A DNA stretch of 63,765 bases, counting the filler, from Olpidium bornovanus S191 (Eukaryota > Fungi > Olpidiomycota), in NCBI GenBank assembly GCA_017911155.1. It is 30 parts of 30 records of this genome, joined end to end, with 100 filler letters (N's around TTAATTAATTAA, not from the genome) between each part and the next. Parts side by side here need not be neighbours in the genome. Positions count along the whole stretch, not along the records: positions 45,723 to 47,833 come from JAEFCI010000204.1; positions 47,934 to 49,019 come from JAEFCI010009593.1; positions 49,120 to 50,568 come from JAEFCI010006725.1; positions 50,669 to 51,978 come from JAEFCI010002788.1; positions 52,079 to 53,394 come from JAEFCI010008254.1; positions 53,495 to 55,271 come from JAEFCI010006768.1; positions 55,372 to 58,456 come from JAEFCI010003458.1; 23 more parts are not named here. One strand, 5' to 3'. The position numbers were made by a program, and so were the translations under genes. Of this stretch, positions 46,572 to 58,556 are shown piece by piece. The notes under the pieces were generated by a model. It made no database searches, had not been told where the DNA came from, and was given only the letters and a program-made list of their open reading frames with translations. Each line of letters starts with the position of its first letter. Position 1 is the first letter of the stretch.

Positions 46572-47181
46572 GTTAGTTACCTTCCGGCCCTTGCTTGGGA
46601 GGCCGATCAAAGCCACTACAGCTTTCCATTTTTTTTTCTTTCTTTTTTTTATATATACGTTTCCTGCACCTGCTGGTGTTCCACGTTCTCCGCCTTTTCG
46701 CACGCTTTATTCGCGTTTTAGCGAGCACCTCGACGGGTAACACCCTTTTTTTTCCGCCAAAGTTTTAGGTTCACGCTTCCCTGATCATTTTCACCAGGCC
46801 GCAAGCTTGCAATCTACCAATCCCCTCCTTTCCCGTCCCCTTCCTCCTTCTCCTCCCTCCGCTCTCGTCCCCGGAGCCTTCCGTGCCGTTCGAGCTCAGA
46901 CAAATTGAAGCCGGGACTCGCGTCGCCTTTTTCCCATCATGTTTCGGTTCCGTGGCCCAAGATATTCTCCACCCGTATCCAAACCTCGTACACTGCCCGG
47001 CACCGTCCCGGCCATGAGTCGCTACCGGTTATACCCCGCAGGACGCAAAAGTCTTTTGTTCCAGGTTCTCTGTCTACTTTCAGCGGCTGGGTCGGCGTCA
47101 GGAGCGGAATTGGAAGGCAGGTCACGTCCGCAGGCCGATCAAAGAATCCGACTTCTGAAACGCGGGCCACAAACCTTCTCA

Positions 47182-47619
47182 TTATCTTCCTGGGCGGCGG
47201 CCCTGTTCGCCGCGAATGTGCCGGCAAATCGACCGAAACAAAGGTTCAGCCCGAAAGCTTTCCTTGCGCATTTCTCGGTTGTCCAGCATTTCTCCTGCCG
47301 CTTGCGCTCGCCACGCTGTGTTGGAAGGAACGTTGAGCCACCTCCACAAGTCGCCCACGTGTTCTCTAAATTCCGCCTCGCTGCGAACCCATGAGGCGGG
47401 ATCGGCGGCATCACGGTACCGGGGCAGCAAAGCGTCCGCAAGCCCGGTGAAGGCGCGCGTGCAGAGTCCAGGCCGCAAGCCCCCCCCCCCCTCCTCCCCG
47501 TGCTTCTGCTCCATTTTTCCGGGCCGGCGCGCCAGCGCCGCTCTCGACACGGATCTCGCCCGCTTGGCCCGGAACGGTCCGAGGCTGGAAAACTTTTTCT
47601 TCCTGTCGCCCCGGAACAT
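47182..47619 (-). CDS. Hypothetical protein fragment
   Basis: Protein-like open segment DALLPRYRDAADPASWVRSEAEFREHVGDLWRWLNVPS. Unassigned. Confidence 0.25.
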   Translation of the reverse strand: MFRGDRKKKFSSLGPFRAKRARSVSRAALARRPGKMEQKHGEEGGGGLRPGLCTRAFTGLADALLPRYRDAADPASWVRSEAEFREHVGDLWRWLNVPSNTAWRAQAAGEMLDNREMRKESFRAEPLFRSICRHIRGEQGRRPGR

Positions 47620-48673
47620 CCGCGGTGTCTTCTACTCCTTGCTCGATCGGCCGCATTCCGAACGCCGCTTCTGCGGGAACTCGCTAATCCAAAGCGCGGC
47701 GCGACCGGGGCACACCGCTCTGTTCTTCGGCCCGCCGGGCATCGGGACTCGTTCTTGCACCAGACACCTCCGCGCTTGAACCGGGGGAGGGGGGAAAGGG
47801 GGGAGGGGGGGGGGGGGGGAGAGAGAGGGAGGGNNNNNNNNNNNNNNNNNNNNNNNNNNNNNNNNNNNNNNNNNNNNTTAATTAATTAANNNNNNNNNNN
47901 NNNNNNNNNNNNNNNNNNNNNNNNNNNNNNNNNGAGAAAAACTCCGCGCCGGTCCAGCCGGTCCAGCCGGTCCAGCAAGTTTGGTTGATGTTCAACCGTG
48001 AACATCTTTCTAGCTCGTCGGGCGGGAGAGCCAAACAACAACAACAACAACATGTAATGTTGTGTGTGTATAATATATGCAGGTACACAGTATATATTAA
48101 ACGCATCGAACTGGTTATAACATGTCTAGATTTGGCCGATTTCGGCAATTTGTCCAGTTGCAACGACGTTCCCGGGATTCAAACGGTCACCGGCAAGCAC
48201 GTTCTCGCCCGAAACGTCGGTTAGGGTTAGTGGTGATGGCGGCGCCAAAACGCAGCAGTGATTTTTCCTAAGCGCGCCCACCGGCCGCACGTGAAAGAAG
48301 AAGTGCGGTGGTTTAATGCGGTGCGTTTCTTGCGGAGAGGGACTGTCCCTACGAGAGAACGTGCCGGTGTCTGTATTTTCCACTCATAACTTTTTTTTTG
48401 ATTGCCCAGCTCAGTTAATAATTATTCGGCTCTTCCCTCCCCCAGTTTTTTTTTTGGTCACGAACGGAAACAATTGCCTCGGGGCTGAGGCAGCAAGTGC
48501 ATGACAGCACATGTTTCAATGGTGATTGATTTCCGGGCGTCAACCTCTCCCCCTCAAATCCCTCAATCCCTCTTTCCCCCCCCTCCCCTCTCGCCTTCTG
48601 AGCAAAACGACCGCGGACCCCTTTGTGCCCGCGCGCCGAGCGGGCGCAGTGCGGACACCCGAGACCAAGCAAA

Positions 48674-48920
48674 CTGGGGGTCCACGGCCTGGCAAACTAC
48701 GTGCGGTCCTGCTCAAGGCGGCCGCTCGGCAGGACGCAGGTGTTCCGCCCGTTGGGCGGGAAGGCGCGCCGGAAGAAGGATGCCGCCGACGCGGCGGAAG
48801 CGCGAGACCGCGCCGGCGAAGCGGAGTCGGCCGGTCTTGTGCGCGCTGTCGTGGACGGCAACTCCTTCGTGTACAACCTCTACTTCACCAACCGCCTGGA
48901 GTGGGTCTGCGGAGGCAGGT
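48674..48920 (+). CDS. Asteroid (ASTE1)-like XPG/PIN nuclease, first exon
   Basis: (L)GVHGLANYVRS...AVVDGNSFVYNLYFTNRLEWVCGG matches the MGxxGLxxYV / VDGxx..Y.LY....W..GG N-terminus. Confidence 0.75.
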
Positions 48921-48933
48921 GGTTTTCCCTCCC

Positions 48934-49011
<78 letters not shown>

Positions 49012-49203
49012 CCCCCCCCNNNNNNNNNNNNNNNNNNNNNNNNNNNNNNNNNNNNNNNNNNNNTTAATTAATTAANNNNNNNNNNNNNNNNNNNNNNNNN
49101 NNNNNNNNNNNNNNNNNNNATGTTAGAGTCAAGCAAAGAAAGCCAATAATGGTCTCCGGTGTGCGTCTCCCACGGATGCGAAGTGGGGAAAAGCACGTTT
49201 GTG

Positions 49204-49850
49204 TTACGAATTTCTGTCCGAATCCCGTCTAGTGTACATGTGAAGTGATATAAGGAACCGCCATGCGGACCTGCCATAACGCTTCTGGCATTTTTCATAA
49301 TGTTGTTTCCAGTTTTTTTTCTTTCCGCCGGAGTTTTGAGTCCGTCTGAGTGGCCAAATTATGCATCTCTGATATGGAATTCGCAGGTTTTTCTAGAAGG
49401 TAGCGAATGTCTGGAGATTCCCCGAGTTGCAACTCAATTGGTATGGTATGCAAGCACGTTCAGCATGCCCACCTGTGGGGCTAGGCGCGACTTCCCGTAC
49501 GCCCAGCACAGGTGACTCCTATTCGTTCACATAAAGCAAAGTGTGTACGGGATGAATCCGAAGTTTGCCGCCACCGGCAAAGTAAACGACAGAGGGGAGG
49601 GAGGGGGGAGTGGGAGGGAGGAAGGAGTGTTCGTGGCCCGTCGCGGAGGAGCGAGAACTGCCGCGTATTCCTTCTCGAACGTATCAATACCGTGGAACTG
49701 TCTGACAGGAAGGGAACACCGGATCTTACTTTTGAGCTCGACTCCGCAACTTACTGTTTTCTTGTCCACTGATTTTATCGTGACTACTTCGCTCCGGCCG
49801 CGCTGCGCGCGGTGCTCTAGCACCGTCAACACCTCATCATTTTGCATCGT
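49204..49850 (-). CDS. Hypothetical multi-exon protein, 3' part
   Basis: In-phase GT-AG exons give ESPVLGVREVAPSPTDIRYLLEKPANSISEMHNLATQTDSKLRRKEKNWKQHYEKCQKRYGR. Confidence 0.3.
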
Positions 49851-50034
49851 TTGGCGTGCTTACACGTCGTCTTCAGCTTAACGCCTCCCGAGAGCGAATC
49901 CGTTAGCACTATTTCCGCTTTCTGGGTGGTCAAATTCGGGTGAACCATTCTCAAGCACTAGCCATCAGAGTTTGCTGATCATTGGCTCTTTTAAGCCCTG
50001 CCCACTCCCTCCCACCCCATTTTTGCCGGCGGCC

Positions 50035-50072
<38 letters not shown>

Positions 50073-50907
50073 TCCGGCCGCGGGCGATGTTGACAAGGAA
50101 CGAAGAGAGAACGCGACAGCAAGGCGCCGGCAGGACCTGGTCAGCCACCACCACACACCGACTATCTACCGTACAACTTCCTAGGGTAGAGCAGGGCATA
50201 CCCGGCAAAACGCCACCTTCCGCCACCTCTATGCGCAAAAAGCATGCAACATCCTCCCCTCCTTCCGTCCTTCCTTCCTTTTTTCTTCCCTCCTTCCTTT
50301 CTTCTTCTTTCCTTCCTTTCATTCTTCCTTCCGGGACCGTTCCGCGGAGAAAACTCGCGGAGATTTCTACATCCAAATATGCGTTGGATTTATGCTTTGA
50401 GATGTGATCAAATTAATGCATTAGATTCCGCGTCGAGTTCTGATTCAACATGGAAATTTGTGTAAAAACCTGCATCTAATTCTGCAGTGGATTTTGCCCT
50501 TAAATCTTCTTGAATCTATTTCGGATTTTTGCTAGACTCTCGATTATATCCGCGGTGGATTCTGCTTCNNNNNNNNNNNNNNNNNNNNNNNNNNNNNNNN
50601 NNNNNNNNNNNNTTAATTAATTAANNNNNNNNNNNNNNNNNNNNNNNNNNNNNNNNNNNNNNNNNNNNACATGCTGCAATAATTGTTATTCCGCACGCGA
50701 GAAAGGGAAATGAAGGAACATAAGAACCGAGCCAATGGACATCAGATAGTCAAAGTAGAAGACGCGCTTCCCGGCAAAAAAACGCAGACACGCAGGACAT
50801 TATTGCAGTACGAGTGGAAAAAGGGACAGAGGAGCGCAATCGACGGGGCAGACGTGTTGAGCAACTAGAGAGAACGTTAACCAGCCTTCTTCCGGAAAAA
50901 TCCCCAC

Positions 50908-51978
50908 CTTTCCGCAGATCTCCGCGCCCAGGAATGAAGCAAACTGGTCCTTGGTCCGAACGGCCGCGAAATACTCGGGGATGCGACCGAAACGGGGCTC
51001 TCGGAGCTGAGTATCGGCCGAAACGTCGGCAGCGTTGGAGAACCTGCCCAGCTCCAGCGCAAGCCGCTCGCGAATTCCTAGAATGCACAAACAAACAGTG
51101 TGATTATGCCAGACCTAACCCTCAATTAGCACCAACGCCAAATCCTCGCAAGAGTTACGGAATGAACCGTCCGAGTGATTTCCTGACTCCCTTCCGCATT
51201 TACCTTTGAGAGCCGCGTGTCCTCCCGTGATGACGACATTGCTGAAACAGGTGGCCCGCTTGTCGGCATCGCACGCCATCAGGGAGCAGTGGATAGCATC
51301 GGGAAGGGGAAGCGTGTCCGGCTTGCCAGCTATTTCGGGCCGGAAAAGCGGGTCGGCAACGCAGTACCGAGCACGACCGATGCTGACCTATCCCGGGAAG
51401 CCGATCAACAAGAAAAAAAGCCCCACGATCCAAAGGCGACCCAAGCAGAATGAATATGCCAGATAAATGATACATTGTCACGCGGCAAAAGAGCGGAGAC
51501 TTCAAAGTTACCTTTTTCCCGCTCCACTCGAGCGTCTTCCTATTTCTATCCGCACTGTCGCCGATACCAGGCGCCGAGGTAGGAGGCGTGGGTGCGCCCT
51601 TCGCAGCGGCGTCACATTCGTTTGACTCGCCGGCAATAGTGACCCTTTCATCAATTTGCAATTCTACTTCGTCGGCAGTCTCCACAATCCCGCTGCGAAT
51701 TGCCGCCTGAGCGTCTCCGTCGTTTACAGTCTTCTCAGGTTCTCCCCCACCTCCAGCTGCCGCCGGCGATGTTCTCGTCGAAACAGTCAGGTCGGCCTCC
51801 GGGCCTTCTTGATGATCTGACTTCATCTGGTCGGCCGCTGCTGCCATGGCAGCCGGTTGCGCCGTCTCAGTTCCAGGGACACCCGCCCAACCGTCCGCTT
51901 TCCGGGCCTCCTTGCCCACCCACGTTTCTTCCTCCGCGGTGCCAACCGAGGTGTTTGGTTGGCGTGATGTAGTTGGTA
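50908..51978 (-). CDS. ARP9: Nuclear actin-related protein, Arp9-like, 3' part
   Basis: Exon 51387-51204: IGRARYCVADPLFRP...AIHCSLMACDADKRATCFSNVVITGGHAALKG. Exon 51077-50908: IRERLALEL...RIPEYFAAVRTKDQFASFLGAEICGK (the IPEYF/SFLGA motif typical of Arp9). Confidence 0.75.
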
Positions 51979-52078
51979 NNNNNNNNNNNNNNNNNNNNNN
52001 NNNNNNNNNNNNNNNNNNNNNNTTAATTAATTAANNNNNNNNNNNNNNNNNNNNNNNNNNNNNNNNNNNNNNNNNNNN

Positions 52079-53311
52079 CATGTCCTCCGTGTGACGTTGC
52101 GTTGTAAGCTTGCGGAACTCGGAGTCGGGCAGCACCCGATCATTTCTGTCAGCTCGGAAAGCCGGGTGCTGGAAGCCCTAAGCTTGCTTTGTGCGATAAC
52201 GTCGTTGTCACAGCCGTTCGGAATTGGTTTTGGCAGTTGTGGGGGGGAAGGGGGGGGGGTGGCGGGGGCGACCCGCTAACCCGTGTACGCGAATCATTGG
52301 TTTTTTTTTTCATTTGTTAGGCGAGAAGAATGTATCCTCGCTCGCGGTAGTGAACGCGAGCGGTTGCTTGGTGGGCAACATAAGCCTCGCCGATGTGAAG
52401 GTTCGCTCACTGTTTGCGTATAGCTGGATTTTGCAACCGCCGGCCAAAAACGGAACGATAGGAACTCAGCGTGCTTCGGCCTCGCGCGCGCCCTTCTCTT
52501 TTCACAGTACGTGATGAAGAGTGACCAACATTCGATGCTCTGGAACACGTGTTTCCAGTTCATCCAGAACGTCAGATTCAAAGAAGTAGGGGGGGGGGGG
52601 GGGGGGGGAATGGGGGGGGCTTTTTTTTTTGCTTCCAAAACGATTTCTCTATCATTTTTTTTTTTTTTGTTTCCGACGCCGCGACGGGCGGCGGGGGGCT
52701 GACCCGCCGCATTTTTCCCGCACAGGGAATTGACGACGGACGGGTAAAATTTTTTTATAGCGTCTGAATTTGAAAGCATCCCCACATTCCAAAATCCTTC
52801 TGCTGAACTTTCTTGATTTGCGGGTGCGCTCGTTTCAAAACAGGACAAGGTGTGGGAAAGGACTCGTTTCCGCAAGCTGCGAAGCGGACGTTTTCGTCGA
52901 CGCCCCCTTCTCGTTACTGACGGACTCCGGCGCGATTCTTTGCGTGTTCTCCCTCGCGCGTGCGTAACTCATCAGGTGCCAGTGTTCGACGTACGGCGCG
53001 ACAGCACCGTCGGTTTTGTGAGTCAACAGTCGCTCTGCAAGTCGCCGACCTAACTTTTTCACTTCCGGGTCGCGGGTTGTTTTTTCGAACGCCCGAAAGA
53101 TCAGCTAAAAAAACGTCTTTCGTTTGTTTCCCGCCCGCTTCCCTTTCAACATTCCCCCCCCCCCCCCCCTTCCGTCCCGCGCGTTCAGGGTATCGCGAAG
53201 CTGATCGCCGTGCACGCCCACCGGGTTTGGGTTATTGACGAGAACAACAAGCCGTGCGGGCTCGTGAGCCTGACGGATGTCCTGCGGATGTTCGCTACGC
53301 ACGGAGTTTAG
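52079..53311 (+). CDS. SDS23: CBS-domain protein Sds23-like, 3' part
   Basis: VSSLAVVNASGCLVGNISLADVK; LWNTCFQFIQNVR; VPVFDVRRDST; AKLIAVHAHRVWVID...GLVSLTDVLRMF*. Confidence 0.85.
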
Positions 53312-53494
53312 AATTTTTTTTTTTTGTTTTCCGCCCGCGCGAAGGAGGGACGGGCTTGTTGGGGAGGTGGGGGGTGGGAGGGGGGGAAGGGGGGNNNNNN
53401 NNNNNNNNNNNNNNNNNNNNNNNNNNNNNNNNNNNNNNTTAATTAATTAANNNNNNNNNNNNNNNNNNNNNNNNNNNNNNNNNNNNNNNNNNNN

Positions 53495-54917
53495 CCATGT
53501 CTACCTCGTTTTCATCGTCGATCACTATGGGTTGCCGAGGGTCCATAGGTGGCTCGCTCGGTGGAGGAGGTCCAAAGCTGGGCTGAGGCTGCTTGGACTT
53601 TGGAGCACTGCAGAGTCTGTGCAGGGCCACTGGTATCTGCCGGCCGAACTTAACGAACAACGATGCGATGTCTTGTGGCGTCAAAGGCAGGTCGTGAATG
53701 CGGAGGAGGATCTCATCCGGATTCTGAGATATAATGTTGACGAGCGCTTCTTCGTCACTGACGGAGAGTTGCTCCTGTGCAATTTTCTCTGTTAAACAAG
53801 CGGTGCAAATTTCACGTTTGAGTGATTTCACAATACAATACCAACAACCACAGATATACTACCTTCACGCTTCTCGTTCTCCGGCGAAGAACGTCTGTTT
53901 CTCCGCAAGCCGTTCTCTCGGTAGTACGCTTCAATCCACGATGGGGACCCCGCACTGTGTTGCAAACTCCTCGTCCCGTGGTACTCGTAGTATGTTCCGC
54001 TCTTGCTGGATGAATAGTGCTCTCGGCGAGGATAATCTGTCCGTCTGTGTCCTGAGCTTGGTGAATCTGGCTTGGCCGGAGCACAAAAAAATTAGAATAA
54101 ACGCAAAAAGGTATGCGCCTGGCCACTTTTTTTGTGGAAAAAGCGTCGTTATCCCTTCCCCGTTGGAATCCCAGTTGTGCCGCGAAAACGACGAACCTGA
54201 ACGACCAGAGGACACGTTCCTGTCTGGGAGCGGGCGGCCGTATTGGTGGGACAGCCTGTTGGGACTGTATGCAGACCCTGACGCTGACGGTCCCCTCGGC
54301 GACGACGGACTCCGCGAGCGAGGTTTCCGCTGGTATTCACGCACCGATGACGCTGAAGCACTGTACGCCGCTAAGGGAGCATTACTCTCCAAGTTTCGCA
54401 ACATCGGAAGGTGGTAACCCTCAGCAAAAAAAGCGGAGGAGGTTGGCACCACCGCCGGAAACTTTCTGATCCGGGGCTCCAACTTGAACGCCGACGACGT
54501 TGCCTCCCCCTCGTCGTCCAAAATCTCGCCCTCCTCAAGTTCCCCCCCAGCCCGCAGCGGCGATGCGAAGGATGTTCGCTCTAGTGATTGCGTCTCCGGC
54601 AAAAACTGCATCGCTGTCGCCCGCGGTTGTGCAAGCGCAGGGTGCTGCGCGGTTGGTACCGCCGCCGTTGGTGTCGATGTAAGCATCGTTGTTACAGGAT
54701 GGCCTGGTGAGCCCGCCGCTAGGTTTCCAGCCGAGGTTGACGCCGGTCCCGGCACCTTAGCCAAAGCGCCTTCGCGAGCCGCCCAGCGAACCGTCTGTTC
54801 CCCGTGCTTCGCTACTCCGTGCACTGCCGGAAAAACGGCCCTGTCAAGCGTTTCGGCGCTGTTTCCGGATGCTCCTCCCGGCCCGAGAGGGACGTTAAAA
54901 CCGCGTTGCATGTACAC
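53495..54917 (-). CDS. Hypothetical low-complexity protein with an EEGEI motif, 5' part
   Basis: Long open frame with GELEEGEILDDEGE and RSRSPS. Downstream exon EEALVNIISQNPDEILLRIHDLPLTPQDIASLFVKF. Confidence 0.5.
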
Positions 54918-55402
54918 GGAAAATGCCCACGCTGCGCGAGAATGCGAGAGCGGGACGGCTGGAGAGCTTTAACGACGTGAGCAAAAGTGCACCCCGGTTT
55001 CCTCGCCAAACCTGACGGGTTACGCGTGGTTAACGTCGCTGCCTCTCCCTCTTCCGGTCTCCTTCGCTGGTGCCGCGATGGGACTGGCAACGGGCGGATA
55101 AGGAGAGGGGGCGGGGAACGGAGGGACGACGGACTTCCTGTGCGCGTTGTCCCTGCCCGGTTTACAGGCGCCGTTTGTGCACGTGGCCTCTGCGCACGTG
55201 ACCGCAATTTAATTGTTGCCCGTAACCACAGCATATATTTGCCAGATAACGTGACTTCACGTGTGCATGGANNNNNNNNNNNNNNNNNNNNNNNNNNNNN
55301 NNNNNNNNNNNNNNNTTAATTAATTAANNNNNNNNNNNNNNNNNNNNNNNNNNNNNNNNNNNNNNNNNNNNACATGACTGAAGTAGATTGCTCTAAGCTT
55401 TT

Positions 55403-56655
55403 CTAGTTCTTCGGCGGCTCCAGCCACGCAGGCAAGCTCCGCCCCTTGATCGCGAGCCCGTGAAGCTTCTGCAGCGTGGGTTTGACGCAAATGGAGCAAA
55501 GCACGTACACGAAGATTGCCGAGCACTCTTGTCGGACAACCGCCCGGCCGCGCAGACGCACAGATAACTCGAAGGCGTCAGGGAGCGCTCATGGGAACGT
55601 GCACGCCGGGCGCATGCCTGTTTGTGACCTCCGAAATCTTCACTCACCGCGCATATCATCGCCTGGTAAGTTCCGGTGGCTAACACCCTGGATGTAAGTC
55701 CAGGGAGTGAAAGGGAGAATCGCGACGACGACGCCCTCGTAGCTGTCCCGACAAGAGCGATGGTGCGAGGGCAGAGGAAGAAAGACGTCGCAGATCGAGC
55801 AGCGATTGGCAAAATTTAACGTTCCCGCCGTTCGCGAGCGGCAAACCCTTAGGCCGTAATACCCTTTTTTATTTTTTTCTTCTTTTTCTCCGGTCGGCGG
55901 GAGGAGAAGACGAAACTCACGCGCTGGAAAAGAACCTGAAGAACGCTAACATGCAGAGCGCGACCGCAAGCGACGACCGGAAGGCCATCTTGGACCCGGC
56001 GGTGATCGTGGCTCGCAACTGCTGCTCCAGCCGCTCGACATTCTTGTTTTTCCCTACGACCTGGAGCTCCTTCTGCTTCTCTTTCTCGACTGTGATCGTT
56101 TTTTTTTTTTTTTTTTTTTTTGCGCGCAGAGGGGGGACACGCCGGACAGCGAAAAGTTCAGGCGTCACAGTCCAACAGGGCATCCCGTCCGAGGTGAAGG
56201 GAGCGCCGGAAAAAGGACGGATGCGCGGAAGACTGCGGAGGAGGGAGAATGGGGACGCGGCGCACTCCGCTCTGACAGCCGTTCCGCCTGGTTCCTCAGC
56301 GATATGTAGTCGCGCTTCCTGTACAGCTTGGTTTGGGAGACAAGGAAAATTTTTTTTTAAAAAAAAAATGCCGAATCCTTCAAGGGAGGGGCGTCGGCCT
56401 CGTCAATCAAATGAAATGCGAGCAGCAGAAGATGCGCGGCGCTTCCGTCAGGGCAGCTCCGCTCTCCGGCGGACGCTTACCGGGCAGAGGGGGGCCGGGG
56501 ACGGTGGTTTTGCAAGCCTGGCCACGGGCCACCAGCTCTGCTCGCAGACACCGCGGGGCCGCACGCCCGGCACCTACCAGCATGTAGGTCACGACCTCCG
56601 TGGCGATCGCCGCGAGCACCGACAGCAAGACGACCTGGAAAAACGCGTTCAGCAT
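55403..56655 (-). CDS. TMCO1: TMCO1 (Oxa1-superfamily ER membrane protein), complete
   Basis: Five GT-AG exons: MLNAFFQVVLLSVLAAIATEVVTYML|LYRKRDYISLRNQAERLSER|IEKEKQK...FFSSA|YEGVVVAILPFTPWTYIQGVSHRNLPGDDMR|ECSAIFVYVLCSICVKPTLQKLHG...*. Confidence 0.94.
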
Positions 56656-57860
56656 GGCTTGACCTGCTCCAAGCTCAGCAGGGAGGCGGGGAGAACTCGG
56701 AACGGGAGGGAACTTCCTCCAGATTGCGAGGTACGGCCGGATTTTCGGTCACAGCCAGCAGGGGCGAAGGCGAGGGCGAATCCAAGGGTCATGTAAATTC
56801 GCTGTCCACCGCAAAAAAAAATGTATGCAGCGTTCCCGCGGGTTCGCACGCATCAAAATGCACCAGCTTGGGAGAAGAGGGAGAACATAGATAAGATTGC
56901 AGGTAAGAACAATTGAAACACTACAACCATTGGCTGACCATTATAACCTGGCCATAGACATTTCGTTTGGCCAGGCCGCATGGACTTTTGAAAGATTCAA
57001 GACGCTCACACCAGCTTCTGGACTATTGAAAAAAGCCAGTTTTCTTCCTCGTGGTCGGCAAAGTGCAGTACGGCCTCCAGGAGAAACCTGTCATCAGAGG
57101 AGCCCCTCTCCGCGGTGCTCTTATATCGCTGCTCGTCGTTGGCTCGTGCATGTTCGTGCCAGTAGATAAAGTCAAGTCGGCATGGGAGCACGGCGTTTCC
57201 TCACTTGCCCTCAGTTCCAACCACTCCTCGCTGGCGGATGGACGCGTCAATGTTGTAATGAATGCCTTGAAGAATGTCTGCTTTCCTCCATTGACTTCCG
57301 TTCCTTCTACAGCCGCCAGCCGGCCTAGGACATTGCGACACGGTGGAGCCCGCCTTTTATTCGCTTCGTGTGCGTTCTGTTCCTGCCGCTGCTACTCGCC
57401 AGTGGCCAACACGGTGCCGCGTACACGCGCATTGTTGACGCAACGCGCAAAATCTCATCAAACCTGCCACACGGCGAAGTGGTGGGATGCAAACACTGGT
57501 GCCGCTGCTGCAGTGGAAGAGTAGTTCAGCAACTTTGGAGTCAACGAGGTGAGGCGCACTGCTGAACTCAGTTCCAACCGGACTTTATATAAACCCGCTC
57601 CTTTAAAGTCGCACAGCAGGGGCTCTCGCAGTCTTGCTGCAAACTCCGCAATGTCACCGAAATCGTAGCCCCAAGAACTTCCAGTCAAGAATGAGGTTTG
57701 CGTAGCAGCCAATTTTGCCCTTCCTGCCGCGCTGCTCCGCCTCTAATAACCGGACTTGGCCCACATATATTGGAAATCCCGCTAAGACAGAGATTGTGCT
57801 TTTGTGCGGATATTCGTTCAGTTTTGTACAATCATTCTCCGGTCTCTACTTCTTCCACCA

Positions 57861-58456
57861 TCAGGCTGAAGCCGCCGAAATCTTCTGCTTCTCAACCTCA
57901 GCACCCTTCGCCTCGTCAACAGCAGCATTTTCGGGTCGGAGGGCGCGCACAGTGGCACCCGCGCGCCACATCTCATGGTCGCGCAGTTCGGCCAACTCCT
58001 TCTCGAGCTCGCGACGGTATGATGGGCTCGAATTCTTCTGGAGCGAGCGGGCTGTCTCGGAGCCATCTTTAACCTTCGCGTATAATTCCTCAAACACCGG
58101 CTTGACCGCCTTGTGAAACGGGCGGTACCAATCGAGGGCTCCTCGTTGCGCAGTTGTCGAGCAGTTCGAGCTATTTGTGAAAGGTTGCCACAGTGAGTTG
58201 AGGGCCCGGAAGGAGGCACAGTTGGCGTCTGCAGCGACCTTGACCTTCCGAGCAATACGGGGGCACGCTTCGCTAAAAACAAAACTGCAGCGTCGTCCAC
58301 ATTCGCCCAATCCACCGCCGCTACCCCTCCGTGTCACCTCCGACCATCCTTTTGACCTGTAACCGCCGTTGACCGCGCTGCTACCTTCACGCGGGGTGCC
58401 CTCATCACCGAGTGCCGAAAAAGGGGTTGCAAGCTACTCACTACATCCAGTCCATG
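57861..58456 (-). CDS. ILV5: Ketol-acid reductoisomerase, 3' end
   Basis: MDWMY|SNCSTTAQRGALDWYRPFHKAVKPVFEELY...GSETARSL...RELEKELAELRDHEMWRAGATVRALRPEN. Confidence 0.95.
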
Positions 58457-58556
58457 NNNNNNNNNNNNNNNNNNNNNNNNNNNNNNNNNNNNNNNNNNNN
58501 TTAATTAATTAANNNNNNNNNNNNNNNNNNNNNNNNNNNNNNNNNNNNNNNNNNNN

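Noticed and set aside
56260-56330. Possible GC-AG intron in TMCO1 after ...RNQ
   Set aside because: Extending the exon to AERLSER gives a canonical GTGCGC donor, the correct phase and a better match to TMCO1.
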